A stretch of 63,301 bases of DNA, counting the filler, from Octopus bimaculoides (Eukaryota): NCBI RefSeq assembly GCF_001194135.2. It is 6 parts of 5 records of this genome, joined end to end, with 100 filler letters (N's around TTAATTAATTAA, not from the genome) between each part and the next. Parts side by side here need not be neighbours in the genome. Positions count along the whole stretch, not along the records: positions 1 to 14,986 come from NC_069002.1; 5 more parts are not named here. One strand, 5' to 3'. This document shows positions 1 to 11,514 of this stretch, in pieces. The notes under the pieces are model-generated. The model made no database searches and was not told where the DNA came from. It saw only the letters and a program-made list of their open reading frames with translations. How positions within the stretch are numbered: position 1 is the stretch's first letter; each line of letters opens with the position of its first letter. The translations under genes were made by a program, and so were the position numbers.

Positions 1-1085
1 AACTTTCTGAAACGAATGAAAAATTAGAATGGTTGATAGAATTTATAGCTGAATTAATCGTAACTTGTGGAGAATAATGGAGTTTAACTATCTGAAATCA
101 TAGGTTTTCTAATGTCGAAGAAATAAAACGGAAATGTTTAAAATATCTAAATTAAAAGGATTCTGAGAATATTCGTAATGTTAGCAATGTAACAGTAGAG
201 AAAGAGATATTTTCACAGCGAATTAATACTTACATATATAAATGTTAGACCCCAGCGTTGTTGATGAAGTTCTGGGTGTGGGGGGTTTATGTGAAACGAT
301 ATAAAGAGAAATCAATCTTTAGTTTAGTCTCAACGACATAAACCGGAATTGCGTTCTTACCGTATATTTCTAGTCATGAAAACCTCACCAAACTTTTAAA
401 TAAAGACACAAAACACGTCTGCCGTACATGCATTTGAAAACAGTTGCAAAACAATAGGATAATATTTTTTTTCTTATAAACTAGAACAAAGTTTTGACGT
501 GTTTGCATAATTCCTTGAAGCAGGTCTCTTTTCCCACAGACAATCTCTTCATTTCTGAGCTTCTTTCGCTCAGATCTTTCGGTGTAAATAACCATAACTT
601 TATGTAAAAACTGGAAAACCTCAAACAAATCTCTAACTGTTAAACTTTATAGCGTTCTTCATTACTCTCTGTCTTTCATTTTCTCTCTGTCTCTTCCTCT
701 CTCTCTCTCTCACTCACTCTCTCGTCACCTTCATTCTTTCAGCATGGTGTTGTTCCATCATCACGAAGTAAGTCTTCATCAAATATTTTTCCCCGTGCAG
801 TTCAATTGAGTCAGCTATATCTTTAATTTCATTAAATTCATCCTGGTGTACCACCCCGCCAAAATTTTCTGATGGACATTGTGTATTGGTGACTCAAAAC
901 CATAGAAGTCTACGATGCAGCCTTGATAGATTTTACTCCAGACAGCATTAGCTATGGTTGTTCTCCTTTTTAGCCATGCCACTGCCAAATAACATTCATG
1001 GTAATACAGTTCTATATTTAAGAGATGACGAATTATGTACATTATTTATATTTGACGGACATTTGTCTTCATTTTGTTTGTTGTT

Positions 1086-1131
1086 AACACAACGTTTCGC
1101 CTGATATACTCTCCAGCCTTCCTCAGGTATC
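1086..1131 (-). ncRNA. Minimal type I hammerhead ribozyme motif (left arm, minus strand)
   Basis: Reverse complement reads GAUAC-CUGAGGA-A-GGCUG...CAGGC-GAAAC-GUU-GUGUU; the CUGANGA core is kept. Confidence 0.7.
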
Positions 1132-1323
1132 TTGGGGGAAATTTCGAATCTGGGTTCTCATTCCTAAGATATTTTTCGATGTTGTTGTTGTTATTATTAT
1201 TATTATTATTATTATTGTTGTTGTTGTTGTTGTTATTATTATAGCCCGTGCTCTTATAATAATAATAATAACAACATCGAAAAATACCTTAGGAACGAGA
1301 ACCCAGGTTCGAAATTTCCCCAA

Positions 1324-1369
1324 GACACCTGATGAAGGCTGGAGAGTATATCAGGCGAAACGTTGTGTT
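1324..1369 (+). ncRNA. Minimal type I hammerhead ribozyme motif (right arm of foldback)
   Basis: GACAC-CUGAUGA-A-GGCUG(loop)CAGGC-GAAAC-GUU-GUGUU: intact core, stem II with one G-G mismatch, palindromic AACGUU stem III, stem I GACAC/GUGUU. Confidence 0.75.
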
Positions 1370-2637
1370 AACAACAAACAAGATGAGGACAAATATCCGT
1401 CAAATGTAGATAATGTAAATTATGAAATTCATGATATGTTAAGCACGCTAAGATTAGTTTCATTATGCAAGAATTTAATAAACTTTTTAAAACGTAAAAA
1501 AAATGGTTTTGAATGTAGTTACAAGCCCTAGTCTACGCATTTAAATAAAGCTAGTTGTATTTGGAAGCAGAGAAGTTACTTCAACATTGTATGTTCGTCC
1601 AGCTTAGGTAGGTGATCTCGGGTATCGTCCACAAGAAACAAGATTTTATTTCAAGATTCTTAACATGGCGATATTCTTTAACAGTTTGAGAGAAACACGA
1701 ATTAACCCAATCTTAGAACTCTGTTCCGGGGATCCCTTCTTACATGATTGCCATATAACAAGTCAATAAGATTTAGAGTATCCGTTCATAGCTTATCGGG
1801 GTTTCAGAATTACAAACAATCAGTGGCTTCAGTTTTAAATCTCCGGAAGAATTACCTCCATGTAAGAGTTGTACTATCTTTGATAGCATTGAACCCTATT
1901 GTAGTTTTCTTCCTTTGGAAATTTAGTTCGTTTTGATTATCCTTTCCAAAACAGACCCATCTCATGTACCTTGCTCCGTTAATAATATTTTTCATTAGAT
2001 CTGGAATATCAGTCTCGCTTTCTTTGTTGGCATTTATTGACTCCTCTGTTACTTGTATATTAAGCGATCTTGAACGATTCTTGCAACACTGAAACCAACC
2101 ATGGTTTGCCAAGAAGTTTTTATTTTGGGCATTAGAAACCTGTTTACTTTATTTCAGTCGCCAAATAAACCGAAATCTTTCATACACTACATATTCTCTC
2201 TCCATTTTTGTGTGGTCTTTCCATAATCTCCATTATGTCGGTTCTATTGGTTGAAACTTTTGCAACAACTACAAATGTTACATTTTCAGTAGAACGTTTA
2301 ATTACATTCCGGTATAACTGCAAATTGTTCTTTCAGAATTTGCAAATCGTCAGCTCTTTTAATATCTACAATTCGTCGAATCTCCGTCATCTTCTGATTT
2401 AAATTCTATTGTAAAATATCTTCTATGTATTTTCTCTGCACAGGACCCAATTAGCTGTTATTGCCACAGGGTTAAATCAACGACTAAATATACGCAAGCG
2501 AAAATTGTTTGGCCCACCCTCTACCACAACGACTCAGAACAAATACCAACAAAAACGGAAGTTTTAATTCTAGAAGACTTTATCGTAATTTGTTGCCTGG
2601 CCTCTTTATTATTATAATCAATATTATTGCTCCTCTC

Positions 2638-3030
2638 AAGGTGACGAATTGGCAGAATTATTACCACGCCGAGCCAAATGCCTTTAATCATTTCGGTGTC
2701 AATAAATTAAGTACCGGCTGAGCATTGAGGGTCGGTTTTATCCATTTACTCACTCACACAAAATTGCCGGCCCCGTGCCAAAATATGAAATCAATATGAT
2801 TGCTCCTCTCTTGGCAGCGTGCTGACAGAAACGCCACAGCGCTGGAAAAATTACTTAGCGACAATTCTTCCGACATAACGTTCTGGCTTCAAATGCCAAC
2901 GGAATCGTATTTGCCTTTCGTCTTTTTGAGGTCAATAAAATAAGTACCAGTCGAGCACAGGGGTCGATGTAATTTGCTCACAGCCTCGTCCAAAATTGCT
3001 GACCTTGTGTCAAAATTTGAATCCAACATT
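2638..3030 (+). mobile_element. Two adjacent tRNA-derived SINE copies (MetaSINE-like), the first internally deleted
   Basis: A-box-like heads (TGGCAGAAT / TGACAGAAAC), B-box-like TTCAAAT, and central GCCTTTC..TCTTT..GGTC.ATAAA.TAAGTACC domain shared with other copies in the window. Confidence 0.75.
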
Positions 3031-3119
3031 ATTGCCTCTTTTTGTAGTTATTTATTTGTACGTTCGATTTTTAACAAAATTGTCATTGAATCTATATCTA
3101 TAACACCAGGATTCAATAA

Positions 3120-3560
3120 CATATATATAATACAGAATGGGACAAGAATGCAAAACACCAAGACAGTTAGGTGATACAAGAAAGGGACAAAACATCCAGA
3201 TGGACGATACATAGAAAACACGGACAGGTCATTCGGAGTTTTCTCTCTTCAGTCGAGATCCAGATTATCTTTGCAATTTCGGCTGGTTATTCTCGATATT
3301 GCTCCAATCTGGCCAGCCCCAGGGAAAAACTAAGCTGAGAGCATTAGATTCTTTGGAAGAAAGTAACGAATGTATACAAAACAAGGACGGAAAAAAAAGA
3401 CGAACAATGTTACACAAATACAGTAGGAATAATAACAGGACAAAGCAACAAATGTCTTTCGACTAAGGACGAATAAAATTGAGCTTGTGTATATGGAAAT
3501 AAGGCCTTACAGTCGGGATACAAGATTTCACAGGCACAGGGAGGAATAACGATGTTACAC
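3120..3560 (-). mobile_element. Probable PLE-type 3' terminal repeat remnant between (AT)n tracts
   Basis: Non-coding and pyrimidine-rich on the minus strand, with several complementary blocks (GGCTGG/CCAGCC, CCAGATT/AATCTGG) and a CUGAAGA-GAG-AAAA-CUC motif; ends in (TA)n. Family assignment is inference. Confidence 0.35.
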
Positions 3561-3564
3561 GCTC

Positions 3565-3616
<52 letters not shown>

Positions 3617-3719
3617 GTTTATGTGTACGTAAAATGTATTTATATTTTAAACATGTAAGTAAATGATTATTTGACTCTGTCATTAGTCATTAATATCTGC
3701 AGTAATCCATGATTGATGG

Positions 3720-4400
3720 GATTTTTTTCACCGAGTCAACAACGGATAGAAATATATGCAGAGATTACGAAAATCGTTTACATAGAAACCATGAACTTCC
3801 AAAACCAGGAACTCTATGGGGTCTTGAGTTCACTGACAATATTATATGAAGAACATTATAAAGTTCCCAAAGGGATTCGACAAGGATCTTTCATGTTCAT
3901 TGACTAGAATCAAAGGTTTTATAAAAGACTTTTATGGCGTTTATCTTAAGGGTTCTATGAGGATCAGAACTCGGAAGTGCTTGGTAATTAATATTGATTT
4001 CTTACAGATCATTCTCGCTACTAACTGTGATGGATATTTATAATCATCTGGTGCTTATTTTCAGCTCGATTCTTTGAAGGAGTTGCGTGTATTAAACATG
4101 GGAAATGGCTGCAATGCATGCAATAGGTTAAAACTTCGGCCATTTAATGGTTGGCAATTTGTCACTCAGTTGTATCAGAGATCTACAATGATATCAAGAA
4201 ACTACCACACATACCATGACAGTAGCATCTGCACCAGAAAAACTACCATCACCCGAGAAAATTGGTGAGGAAATGCGTTGACAAAACTTATACGATATAA
4301 TATCAAAAAGTTTGGATAGGATTCCTCCAGTACAGAAAAAGTGGAATCTCTCATTCTGGGACTCAAATATTTGCGAAACGATTCCCTTAACAACAGAGCT
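3720..4400 (+). mobile_element. Highly decayed non-LTR RT fragment, possibly CRE-like
   Basis: Plus-strand pieces DYENRLHRNH, ELYG..ILYEEHYKVPKGIRQG and GVYLKG resemble DF.NAFN..HR, LY....LFYG...S..GVQQGD and WYLDDG in the expected order; heavily mutated. Confidence 0.3.
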
Positions 4401-4634
4401 TTACCTTCTAGTAATAGAATAGTAGATAGGTGCTTGCATGGGCGGTGTAATGCCAGTATCGATTATATGAATATAATCCTTAATGGGCTGTTTGTGCTCT
4501 GATTTCAAATTCTGACGAGGTCAACTTTGCGTTTTAGGCGCTGGTATGGCTATATGATCCAAGAAGCTAGATAGAAACTTCGTACAAATCCATTATATAT
4601 GTGTATGTATGTGTATGTGTGTGTGTGTTCCCCT

Positions 4635-4795
4635 CACTTTGCAGTCGGTGTTGGTTCGTTTACGTCTTGATAAGCTAGTGGTTCGTCGGAAATGACCGGC
4701 AGAATAAGGGTCAGACTTAAAATAGAACTTGAGTCTATTCGTTCGACTAAACTCTTCAAGGCAGGTACCCCCAGCATGTCCACAATCCAATAATT
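4635..4795 (+). mobile_element. 3' part of the second (CORE-like, OR-type) SINE family
   Basis: Matches the reverse complement of the copy at 13787-14049 (GTTTACGTC...TTAGCGGTTCG...CCAGCATG..C.CA.TC.AAT.A.TGA). Confidence 0.65.
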
Positions 4796-5210
4796 GATGA
4801 GAGCTCAATAAGGTTCGAAAATCGATTAAGGTTGTTCATCATTTTTTCAGTCTACAGAGAAATGGCTAAGATTTGCCCTGTTCATAATTATACCATACGC
4901 TACATATATATATCATACCTTGATACTGTGTGACTAAGATCCCCGTTGACAGGCCGTTAGTATTTATAGAGTGTTAAACACTTTCGATATGCAAACTAGG
5001 GACTCCTTTATAGAGTAACTGCTGCAATTGCTGAGTATATAAACAGTTTGGCTGCTTGTTTCTCCGGAGACTGTCAGAATGATGTACACGCTTTTGATGA
5101 GAACCCATTAAGGTTCGAAAATCGGTTAAACTTTTTCATCATTTTGTTTCAGTCTGCGGAGAAATGGCTAGAATTTGCTATGTTTATAATTATACCATAT
5201 GTTACATATA
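4794..5210 (+). repeat. Partial tandem duplication with 300-bp period; each copy starts with an HHR-like motif and ends in (AT)n
   Basis: 4794-4910 and 5094-5210 align (TTGATGAGA.C.CA.TAAGGTTCGAAAATCG.TTAA...AATTATACCATA.G.TACATATATATAT). Confidence 0.85.
5090..5131 (+). ncRNA. Hammerhead-like motif with U3 variant core (second copy; first copy at 4794-4831)
   Basis: GCUU-UUGAUGA-GAACC(CAUUAA)GGUUC-GAAA-AUCGGUU-A-AAC: perfect 5-bp stem II. The first copy has palindromic AAUCGAUU stem III. Stem I is weak. Confidence 0.55.
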
Positions 5211-5279
5211 TATATGTGTGTATGAATATATATATATATATTACATACATCTCTCTTGAAGCTGCCCTTCGAGCGGCAA

Positions 5280-5795
5280 TCATACTAGATCCTGCGCATC
5301 TTTGAGGACTTGGGCCCCATTATCGAGCTGCTTTGCGGCCCTCTACCCTTGTGTAATGAAACTTATTTCTGTAAATGTGCTAAGTACTGATGCTGATCAT
5401 AGTTTAATCAATAAGCGTAGGAGCGAGTTAAATGCAATAAAAATAATGGGATCAGGGGGGTGGGGCTCCACTTAAGCAGCCCTTCAGAAATTGAACCTCC
5501 TTACGATACTCCCTGGAAGTTCGTAGTATGAAATTCATTGTCATTGCCCTGATTTGGTCGCCAGTGCCATGTATTGAGTTTAAAATACAGTAAAAATGGG
5601 GGTTCCGTGGGGCCCCAGTTAGGTAGCCCTTGAAAAATAGACCCCCCCCCCCCCATCCTTAGAGCATACCCTGGGATTAGGGGAGTTGCTGGTTTGAGTC
5701 TCGTTGTCCTTGCTCCAACGGTCTAGGTAGGAGGAGTTAACGAACATAAAAACGTAACGGACAGAGAAACATCACTCAAATTTATATTAAGATAT
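5280..5795 (+). mobile_element. Non-autonomous Helentron-like (HINE/DINE-type) element with two ~150-bp internal subrepeats
   Basis: Diverged repeats at ~5430 and ~5581 (TAAA..CA.TAAAAA..GGG...GTGGGGC.CCA.TTA.G.AGCCCTT..AAA.T.GA.C.CC); starts near TACTAG and ends ACGGACAGAGAAACATCACTCAAATTTATATTAAGAT. Class is inference. Confidence 0.45.
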
Positions 5796-5806
5796 ATATA
5801 TATATA

Positions 5807-6024
5807 CACGAGGAGTTCTGAAAAATTCCAGGCTTTGGGTAAAAAAATACAGAAGAATCAATTAATTATGATTTTATTCAACATATTCCCTTCTCAGATT
5901 CACACACTTATTGCAGCGGCCCTTCAGTTTTTCTAAGCCATATAACCGAAGTGGGAATGTTGGGCCTCCAGCCAGGCTTTTCGCAATACCTTTAAAGCCA
6001 GGAACTTTTTAACAGCCCCTCATG
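5807..6024. mobile_element. Mariner-derived MITE
   Basis: TIRs CACGAGGAGTTCTGAAAAATTCCAGGCTTT / AAAGCCAGGAACTTTTTAACAGCCCCTCATG, with TA on both flanks. Confidence 0.8.
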
Positions 6025-6750
6025 TATATGCATATATGTGTATACATGTGTGTGACTCTGTGTGTGTGTGCGTGTGTGTGTGTGTAAAGTGGGAGAGAGA
6101 TAGTCAGAGAGATTGTTTAATTAACTGATGGACTGATAAATAGATGGACAGCTACGTTTGATAGCAAGATAACAATCAATACTTTAAATTGCTTAATACT
6201 GGGAAATTACATTGACACGATGCAACAAACGATACGTTTACCTGATACAGGTAAAAAATAATATTGTTGACTGAATCACGAATAGGCATTTTGTTGTTTT
6301 CGAAACAAATTTAAACCAGAGGAAAACAAAATCCACTTCGACAGGAATGGATTGTAAATGGATGCAACGAAACTCTACAAAATACTTTGACCAATACTCT
6401 GTACCAATTCTGCAACATAAAATAGTGAAATATTACTGCAAATATATATGTGTGTGTGTGTATATATGTATGCATATATATACATATATATATATATATA
6501 CACACACACACAAACATGTATACATAGACGCAATGAGTATGCAGATATATTATATGTATATATATACACACACATGTTATATATAAGAGAACTAACCGTA
6601 GAGGATGATAAATTATCATTTGTTAGTGTTTACATTACTAAATATTTATGTTTGCAGTCGTAGATGTTTACTAAATCACTGCATTTATTAAATGGTTTAA
6701 TAGTCAGTGAAATGGCGTTGTGTGGCCTAAATGTTTACACACACACACAC

Positions 6751-6792
<42 letters not shown>

Positions 6793-6797
6793 GCGCG

Positions 6798-7995
6798 CGA
6801 GGGTGGGCTGAAAAGTTCATAGGTTGGCTATAAAGGAGCGATGCTGGAGCTGTGAAATTTTACATGCCTTAATTTTAACTCTTCTTATAAACAACTGCAT
6901 TGTTTCTTTCCAGATAAACTGACACCTGACTGTTCATAGAAAACTTCAAAGGTAACTTGTAGCAGCTTCTCTTGATAGCGGACAAAATTTGACATCGTGG
7001 TGTTATCAAGTGCTTGCAGAAAAAGGCTTTAGACCCCACTACCCCCAGGATATTCATGCTCACATGGTTGATAGATTAGGGGAAGACGTTCCAGTTTTAT
7101 CAAACAGTGCAAAAGTGTGCAGTTGAAATGAGGAGAGGAAGAAAGAGTCTTGATGATAACCCATGGTCTGGACGTCCTGCAGCTGTTACCACTGAGGAAA
7201 ACAATGATCGTGTTCACTACATGGTGATGCAAAGCAGGCGATTGACTACAAATCAAATAGCCAATACCATTAGCATATCCTGTGGGAGAGTTGAGAATAT
7301 TCTGCAGAATGAACTTAGCATGACCAAAGCTTCTACTCAGTGGTTGCCATGTCTTCTGTCAACTGATCAAAAGCACATCAGGCTGATCACATCACGGAAA
7401 AATCTGATATTGTTTCAGGCAGATCATTAGACGTTTCCTAAGCCAGGATGAGTGTTTCCTTCATCATTTTGAGCCAGAGACAGAGATAATCCATGCAGTG
7501 GGAGATACCCCACCTAACTTGCTCCAAAGAAGAACAAGGTGGTTACATCTGCAGGGAAGGTGATGACCTCAACTTTTGGAGATGCAAAAGACATTATGTT
7601 TATCGACCATCTTCACAGGGGCCTCACTATCAATGGAGAGTACCATACCAACTTGCTAAGGTAGTTAAGAAAAACGCTATCAAGACCAAACGGCCAGGAA
7701 AACTGACAAAAGGGGTCTTGTTTCATGGGTTTTGACCCCACCTGACTATCAACTGTTCCACAACATTAAGAAAACATTTGGCCGGGAACCTGTATCGTCG
7801 TGATGATGATATCATATCTGTTGTTGATGACTTTTTTGACCGACAGGAAGAAAGCTTCTTCGCCAATGGGAGCCATCGACGGAAGAAGTTTGTGGATTAC
7901 AGGGGGGGGTGGAACTACGTTAAAAACTGAACCTCATTTGGTCACATTCCATGAGAGTATCTTGGTCAGCTTGTGAACTTTTCAGCCAACCCTCA
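6798..7995 (+). mobile_element. Near full-length decayed mariner element (~1.2 kb)
   Basis: TIRs CGAGGGTGGGCTGAAAAGTTCA / TGAACTTTTCAGCCAACCCTCA. ORF 7107-7430 reads SLDDNPWSGRP..RRLTTNQIA..STQWLPCLLS (mariner WVPRLL motif); downstream frames are broken. Confidence 0.92.
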
Positions 7996-9219
7996 TATAT
8001 TCCTACACGCATTCCAATCGTACATGAACACCAACCCCTGACCCCGACAAATATTTTCAGAAAAGTCTTGAAAACTTACATTTCAGAGACCGTTAAGACT
8101 AAGGGACATAATTCTTCATACAACCTCTATTCAGTTGGTTTCGTCTTTTTTTTACAGTATCCATAAACTGGATGTGGTTTTACATCTCCAGTACCGGAGA
8201 GCAGTCGGTATATATATATTTTTTCCATATCTGCCATCACTGACAAGCACGCGGTATTTCGCAACAACGCCGTTATCTAACAACCCTTTTGGTGCCAAGT
8301 AAGAAACCTATTGATAAGATCGGTTGTAATGGATATATAATACTTTACAATCTGTTTAATATATATACGTAAGTATGTGTGTGTGTGTTTGTGTTTATAG
8401 ATGTGTATATATATAATATATATATTTATATATATGTGTGTATGCACATATACGTATATATATATATATATTGTGTGTCTGATTGTATTGTATATTGTAC
8501 ATATTGTATACGTTCACATTCTCATACAAACATTACGTATATGCATGCATACGTACATATAAATATACATACACACATTCAGACATACATAATATATCGT
8601 CTTCATTCATGAATATTAATGCCACAGTAGCTCTTGATATGTTGAGGTAGAAATATTTTCAATACCTAATTGTTAAACGTCTTAATATACCGGAAGCACT
8701 GTTATCTGTATTACACTGAGTATTACAAGAAAGAATCCTTTCGCTTTTGTATGGTGGCTCCCCAGAAGCGGGTGAATTCTTTCAAATGTTATAAGCAATG
8801 TCATTTACCTTATTTCTGTAGCACCATACTTAGACAGCTTGGTGTTATAGAATTATGAATTTTAACTATGTGAGAAAAGTGAAGAGATATACATTGGAAA
8901 TGGTTTTTGTCGCCCGTTTGACAGTCTCAGAAAATTTGGGGTGAAAAGCATTTACTTTCAGAAATAGTTCGGTGTACAAGTGGTGGAACTCTGATCAATT
9001 AATTGACATGAAGTGCTTCAAGTCTTGGAGTAAATGCAAAGTTCCCTCTTTTGTTGTCGCTGAGCGCAGAACTTTCTAATGCAAATTTCGTCTTTCTTTG
9101 TAAAGTATGTACAAATCCAAGCGAGTAATCATCGCTCACACGTTATATTGACTACCTAAGGAAAAACACGCCATTTTAAAGAATGTATAATTCGAGATTT
9201 GGTTATGATGTAATACGAT

Positions 9220-9415
9220 AAGGCGGCGAGCTGGCAGAATCGTTAGCGCACCAGGAGAAATGCTTAGCGGCATTGCGTCCGTCTTTACGTTCTGAGTTCA
9301 AATTCCACGGAGGTCGGTGGAATTGTTTTTCATTCTTTCTGGAAGTACTGAGATTGATGCAATTAAGTTACCTTGGCCCCTTAAATTGCTGGCCTTGTAC
9401 CAAAAACTGCAATCA
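9220..9415 (+). mobile_element. MetaSINE-like SINE, internally deleted
   Basis: AAGGCGGCGAGCTGGCAGAATCGTTAGC head and GAGTTCAAATTCC B-box. Confidence 0.85.
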
Positions 9416-9434
9416 TTATGATATAATACCATTA

Positions 9435-9642
9435 CAGCAATCCCTCGACTATCGCGGGTGTTTACGTCCCCAAACTCCCCGCGATAGGTGAAAATTCGAG
9501 AAGTAGAAACAGTACTGTATAATTTTTATTATTATTTTTATTATTTGTATCTATTTATTTTATTATAAATACAAAGCAACACCAATGCAAGTTTAAATAA
9601 TAACCTGCGATAGGTCAACCGCGATAGTGTGAGGAATTACTG
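9435..9642. mobile_element. pogo/Tigger-type MITE
   Basis: TA|CAGCAATCCCTCGACTATCGCGG ... CCGCGATAGTGTGAGGAATTACTG|TA. Confidence 0.85.
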
Positions 9643-10614
9643 TATATTCTTCAATTAAAAAAAATAATTCTATTTCATGTTTAAAAACTTGTCTGCGAAC
9701 ATTTTTCCTTTGTGTACTAGCCGTATAATATGTGTACACAAACATGCTACAGATTAGAGAGAATATTGAATAGCTGGGTATTGTGTAGTTGAAATATTAA
9801 GGTGTTTCGGTTTCCTGACGCTGTGATCAGATGTTCTTATGGATAAAAAACGGTGATGGTGTTAAGTGGATGGAAGTTGAGTCTGTTGATAAGAATAAAT
9901 AAAGTCTCCTGATGTTTGGAGATTTAATGTGTGATGTTAATCATGGATACATGTAAAAGATAATATTAATTAGCGTAGTCTGTCGTGACTGGCAAAGATA
10001 CGATCTCTGCACTGCCAGCGTCAGTGTGCGAGAATTACGAGAACCAAAAATGGTTTTGTGTATCGAAATTACCAATGATTTCTTTTTTTAATTTTTTTTT
10101 ACGAGAGAATTTGTAAGCTCAAACTTCTAAAAACAGACCAAGAAATTGTTTAAATGTTGGGGGGCGAAGGAGTTCGTATAAAGATAGGTACAGCAGATGA
10201 ATTTAGGATAAATTAATGCATTTGTTGCTAATAATCAGATAAGTGAGGCTTATGACGAGAAAAGTGGTTTTACATCAACGCAGAATGCAGAATATAAAAT
10301 GTTGCTTGAACTGAAGATAAAACTACTACATAATCCTGTCACAGTCGTATATAGTTAGTATCCTGCATGTGTTACAGTAGGTGATATGTAGGATCTAGAC
10401 TGAACTGAAGAACACAGATGTTGGTGTAGTGAGAAAACTATTCGGTATAATGCATCTTTATTTGTATTCTTTTTTTTAGGTGAAGGATGGGAAAGAGGAA
10501 ACCACAGCTCGTGTCCTTACAAACTACTCTTTTGTTCTGTGTAGTATTTTAGTTGGAAATTAGTGATCGTCTAGTTAAACAGATGACTACGACTCTGGAT
10601 ATTTGTACTTGATT

Positions 10615-10790
10615 AATAATATAAGCGGACCTGCCACAGCTGGGTGTTAGTGGTTGCCTAGTGAAATAAGCGGACTTATATCTGCTGTACGAGATTGCCC
10701 AGTGACATAAGCGGGCCTATATCTGCTACAATTTTGAGATTACCTAGTGATATAAGCGGATCTATCGCTGCTGGAAGCTAGTGAAACAAG
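10615..10790. repeat. Minisatellite, ~35-45-bp unit, 4-5 diverged copies
   Basis: Repeated AGTGA(A/C/T)ATAAGCGG.C.TATATCTGCT...GAGATT.CC. Confidence 0.8.
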
Positions 10791-11514
10791 TTTCCTCTCA
10801 CAATTGGTGTTTCTTAACAAACAAGTCACGGAAAGTTCTGTTTGGAAAAGTTTTCGAAAGGAAACTCGTAGTTATACAATACTGTATGCATTCCTACACA
10901 TAGTAGAATTTACAAAATGAAGCTGTCGGAAGTGACTTTTTAAGAGCTTATCGTCAAGCAAGACACCTGACCTCAATACTCGCAAGAGAAAATATCTCAC
11001 TGCAGGAACCGAAAGCTTCACAGCGATTTTAGAACGGGTGCTGAGTAAGGCCTTCCACACCACACCACACCACACACCACCCTACACACAAGAAAAATAA
11101 GAAACACAGTACATACATAGAAATGTGTCGTTGGGTAGATTCACAGGTAAGTAGACAGAGAAGAAAGTTGATGGGGGGGGGCGGAATTGGCAGGTAGATA
11201 GAGGATTTATTAACGAGTTACGGATGGTTCTTACATATAGATTAATGTTCTATCTTAGAGATTTCACCAATTATATTTAGAAACGACACGAGAGAGGTGC
11301 AGTGTGATACCATATTTAATAACAATACAGGTTCGTAGCGGGATCTGTTTAAGTTATGTAGTGTGGAGCATGTAAATATGTAATGTGTGTTGGCGTATGA
11401 AAATATTCATTACAATTCATGTCACATGTATAGGAATAGTTACGAATTGTTTCCGTGTGTGAATATTCGAAAGATTAATGTTTCCTATGAATATGTACTG
11501 TAACTGTTTGATTA

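Larger units (their letters stand above)
1038..1417. mobile_element. Foldback (palindromic) non-coding element with ~150-bp inverted arms around a (TTA/TTG)n spacer, flanked by a 7-bp direct repeat AATTATG
   Basis: Left arm begins TACATTATTTATATTTGACGG and right arm ends CCGTCAAATGTAGATAATGTA. Arms differ at about 11 positions by hand count. AATTATG occurs at 1031-1037 and 1418-1424. Confidence 0.9.
440..2400 (-). mobile_element. Decayed pogo/Tigger DNA transposase (CENP-B HTH + DDE region), interrupted by a foldback insertion at 1038-1417
   Basis: Minus-strand translation across frameshifts and stops gives Tigger-like motifs in the expected order: NFLANHGWFQCCKNR (F.AS.GWF), GFNAIKDSTTL (GFKA.KDRLTL), GGNSSGDLKLKPLIV (GGNA.GD.KLKPL), PNTTSF, NAVWSKIYQGCIVDFYGFESPI (cf. 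Tigger1 NSCWRKLCPDVVHDFTGF), LTVRDLFEVF. Confidence 0.85.

Noticed and set aside
3270-3335. HDV-like ribozyme
   Set aside because: The P1/P2 crossing is present, but P3/L3, P1.1 and P4 cannot be formed. Kept only as an unexplained structure.
6320-6412. Minus-strand segment after a TTTTATGTTGCAG acceptor-like site
   Set aside because: No convincing donor and no recognisable protein.
9220-9310. tRNA-like A/B boxes as tRNA genes
   Set aside because: They are SINE heads that continue into shared SINE bodies, with no complete cloverleaf.
9800-9845. Minus-strand CUGAUCA...GAAAC motif
   Set aside because: G8 is missing, there is no stem II, and no NUH-compatible stem III.
10921-11026. HHR with a very long stem II (GCUGU...GAAAGCUUC-ACAGC)
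   Set aside because: Stem I and palindromic stem III fit, but the core has two substitutions (CGGAAGU) and no stem II closing pairs.
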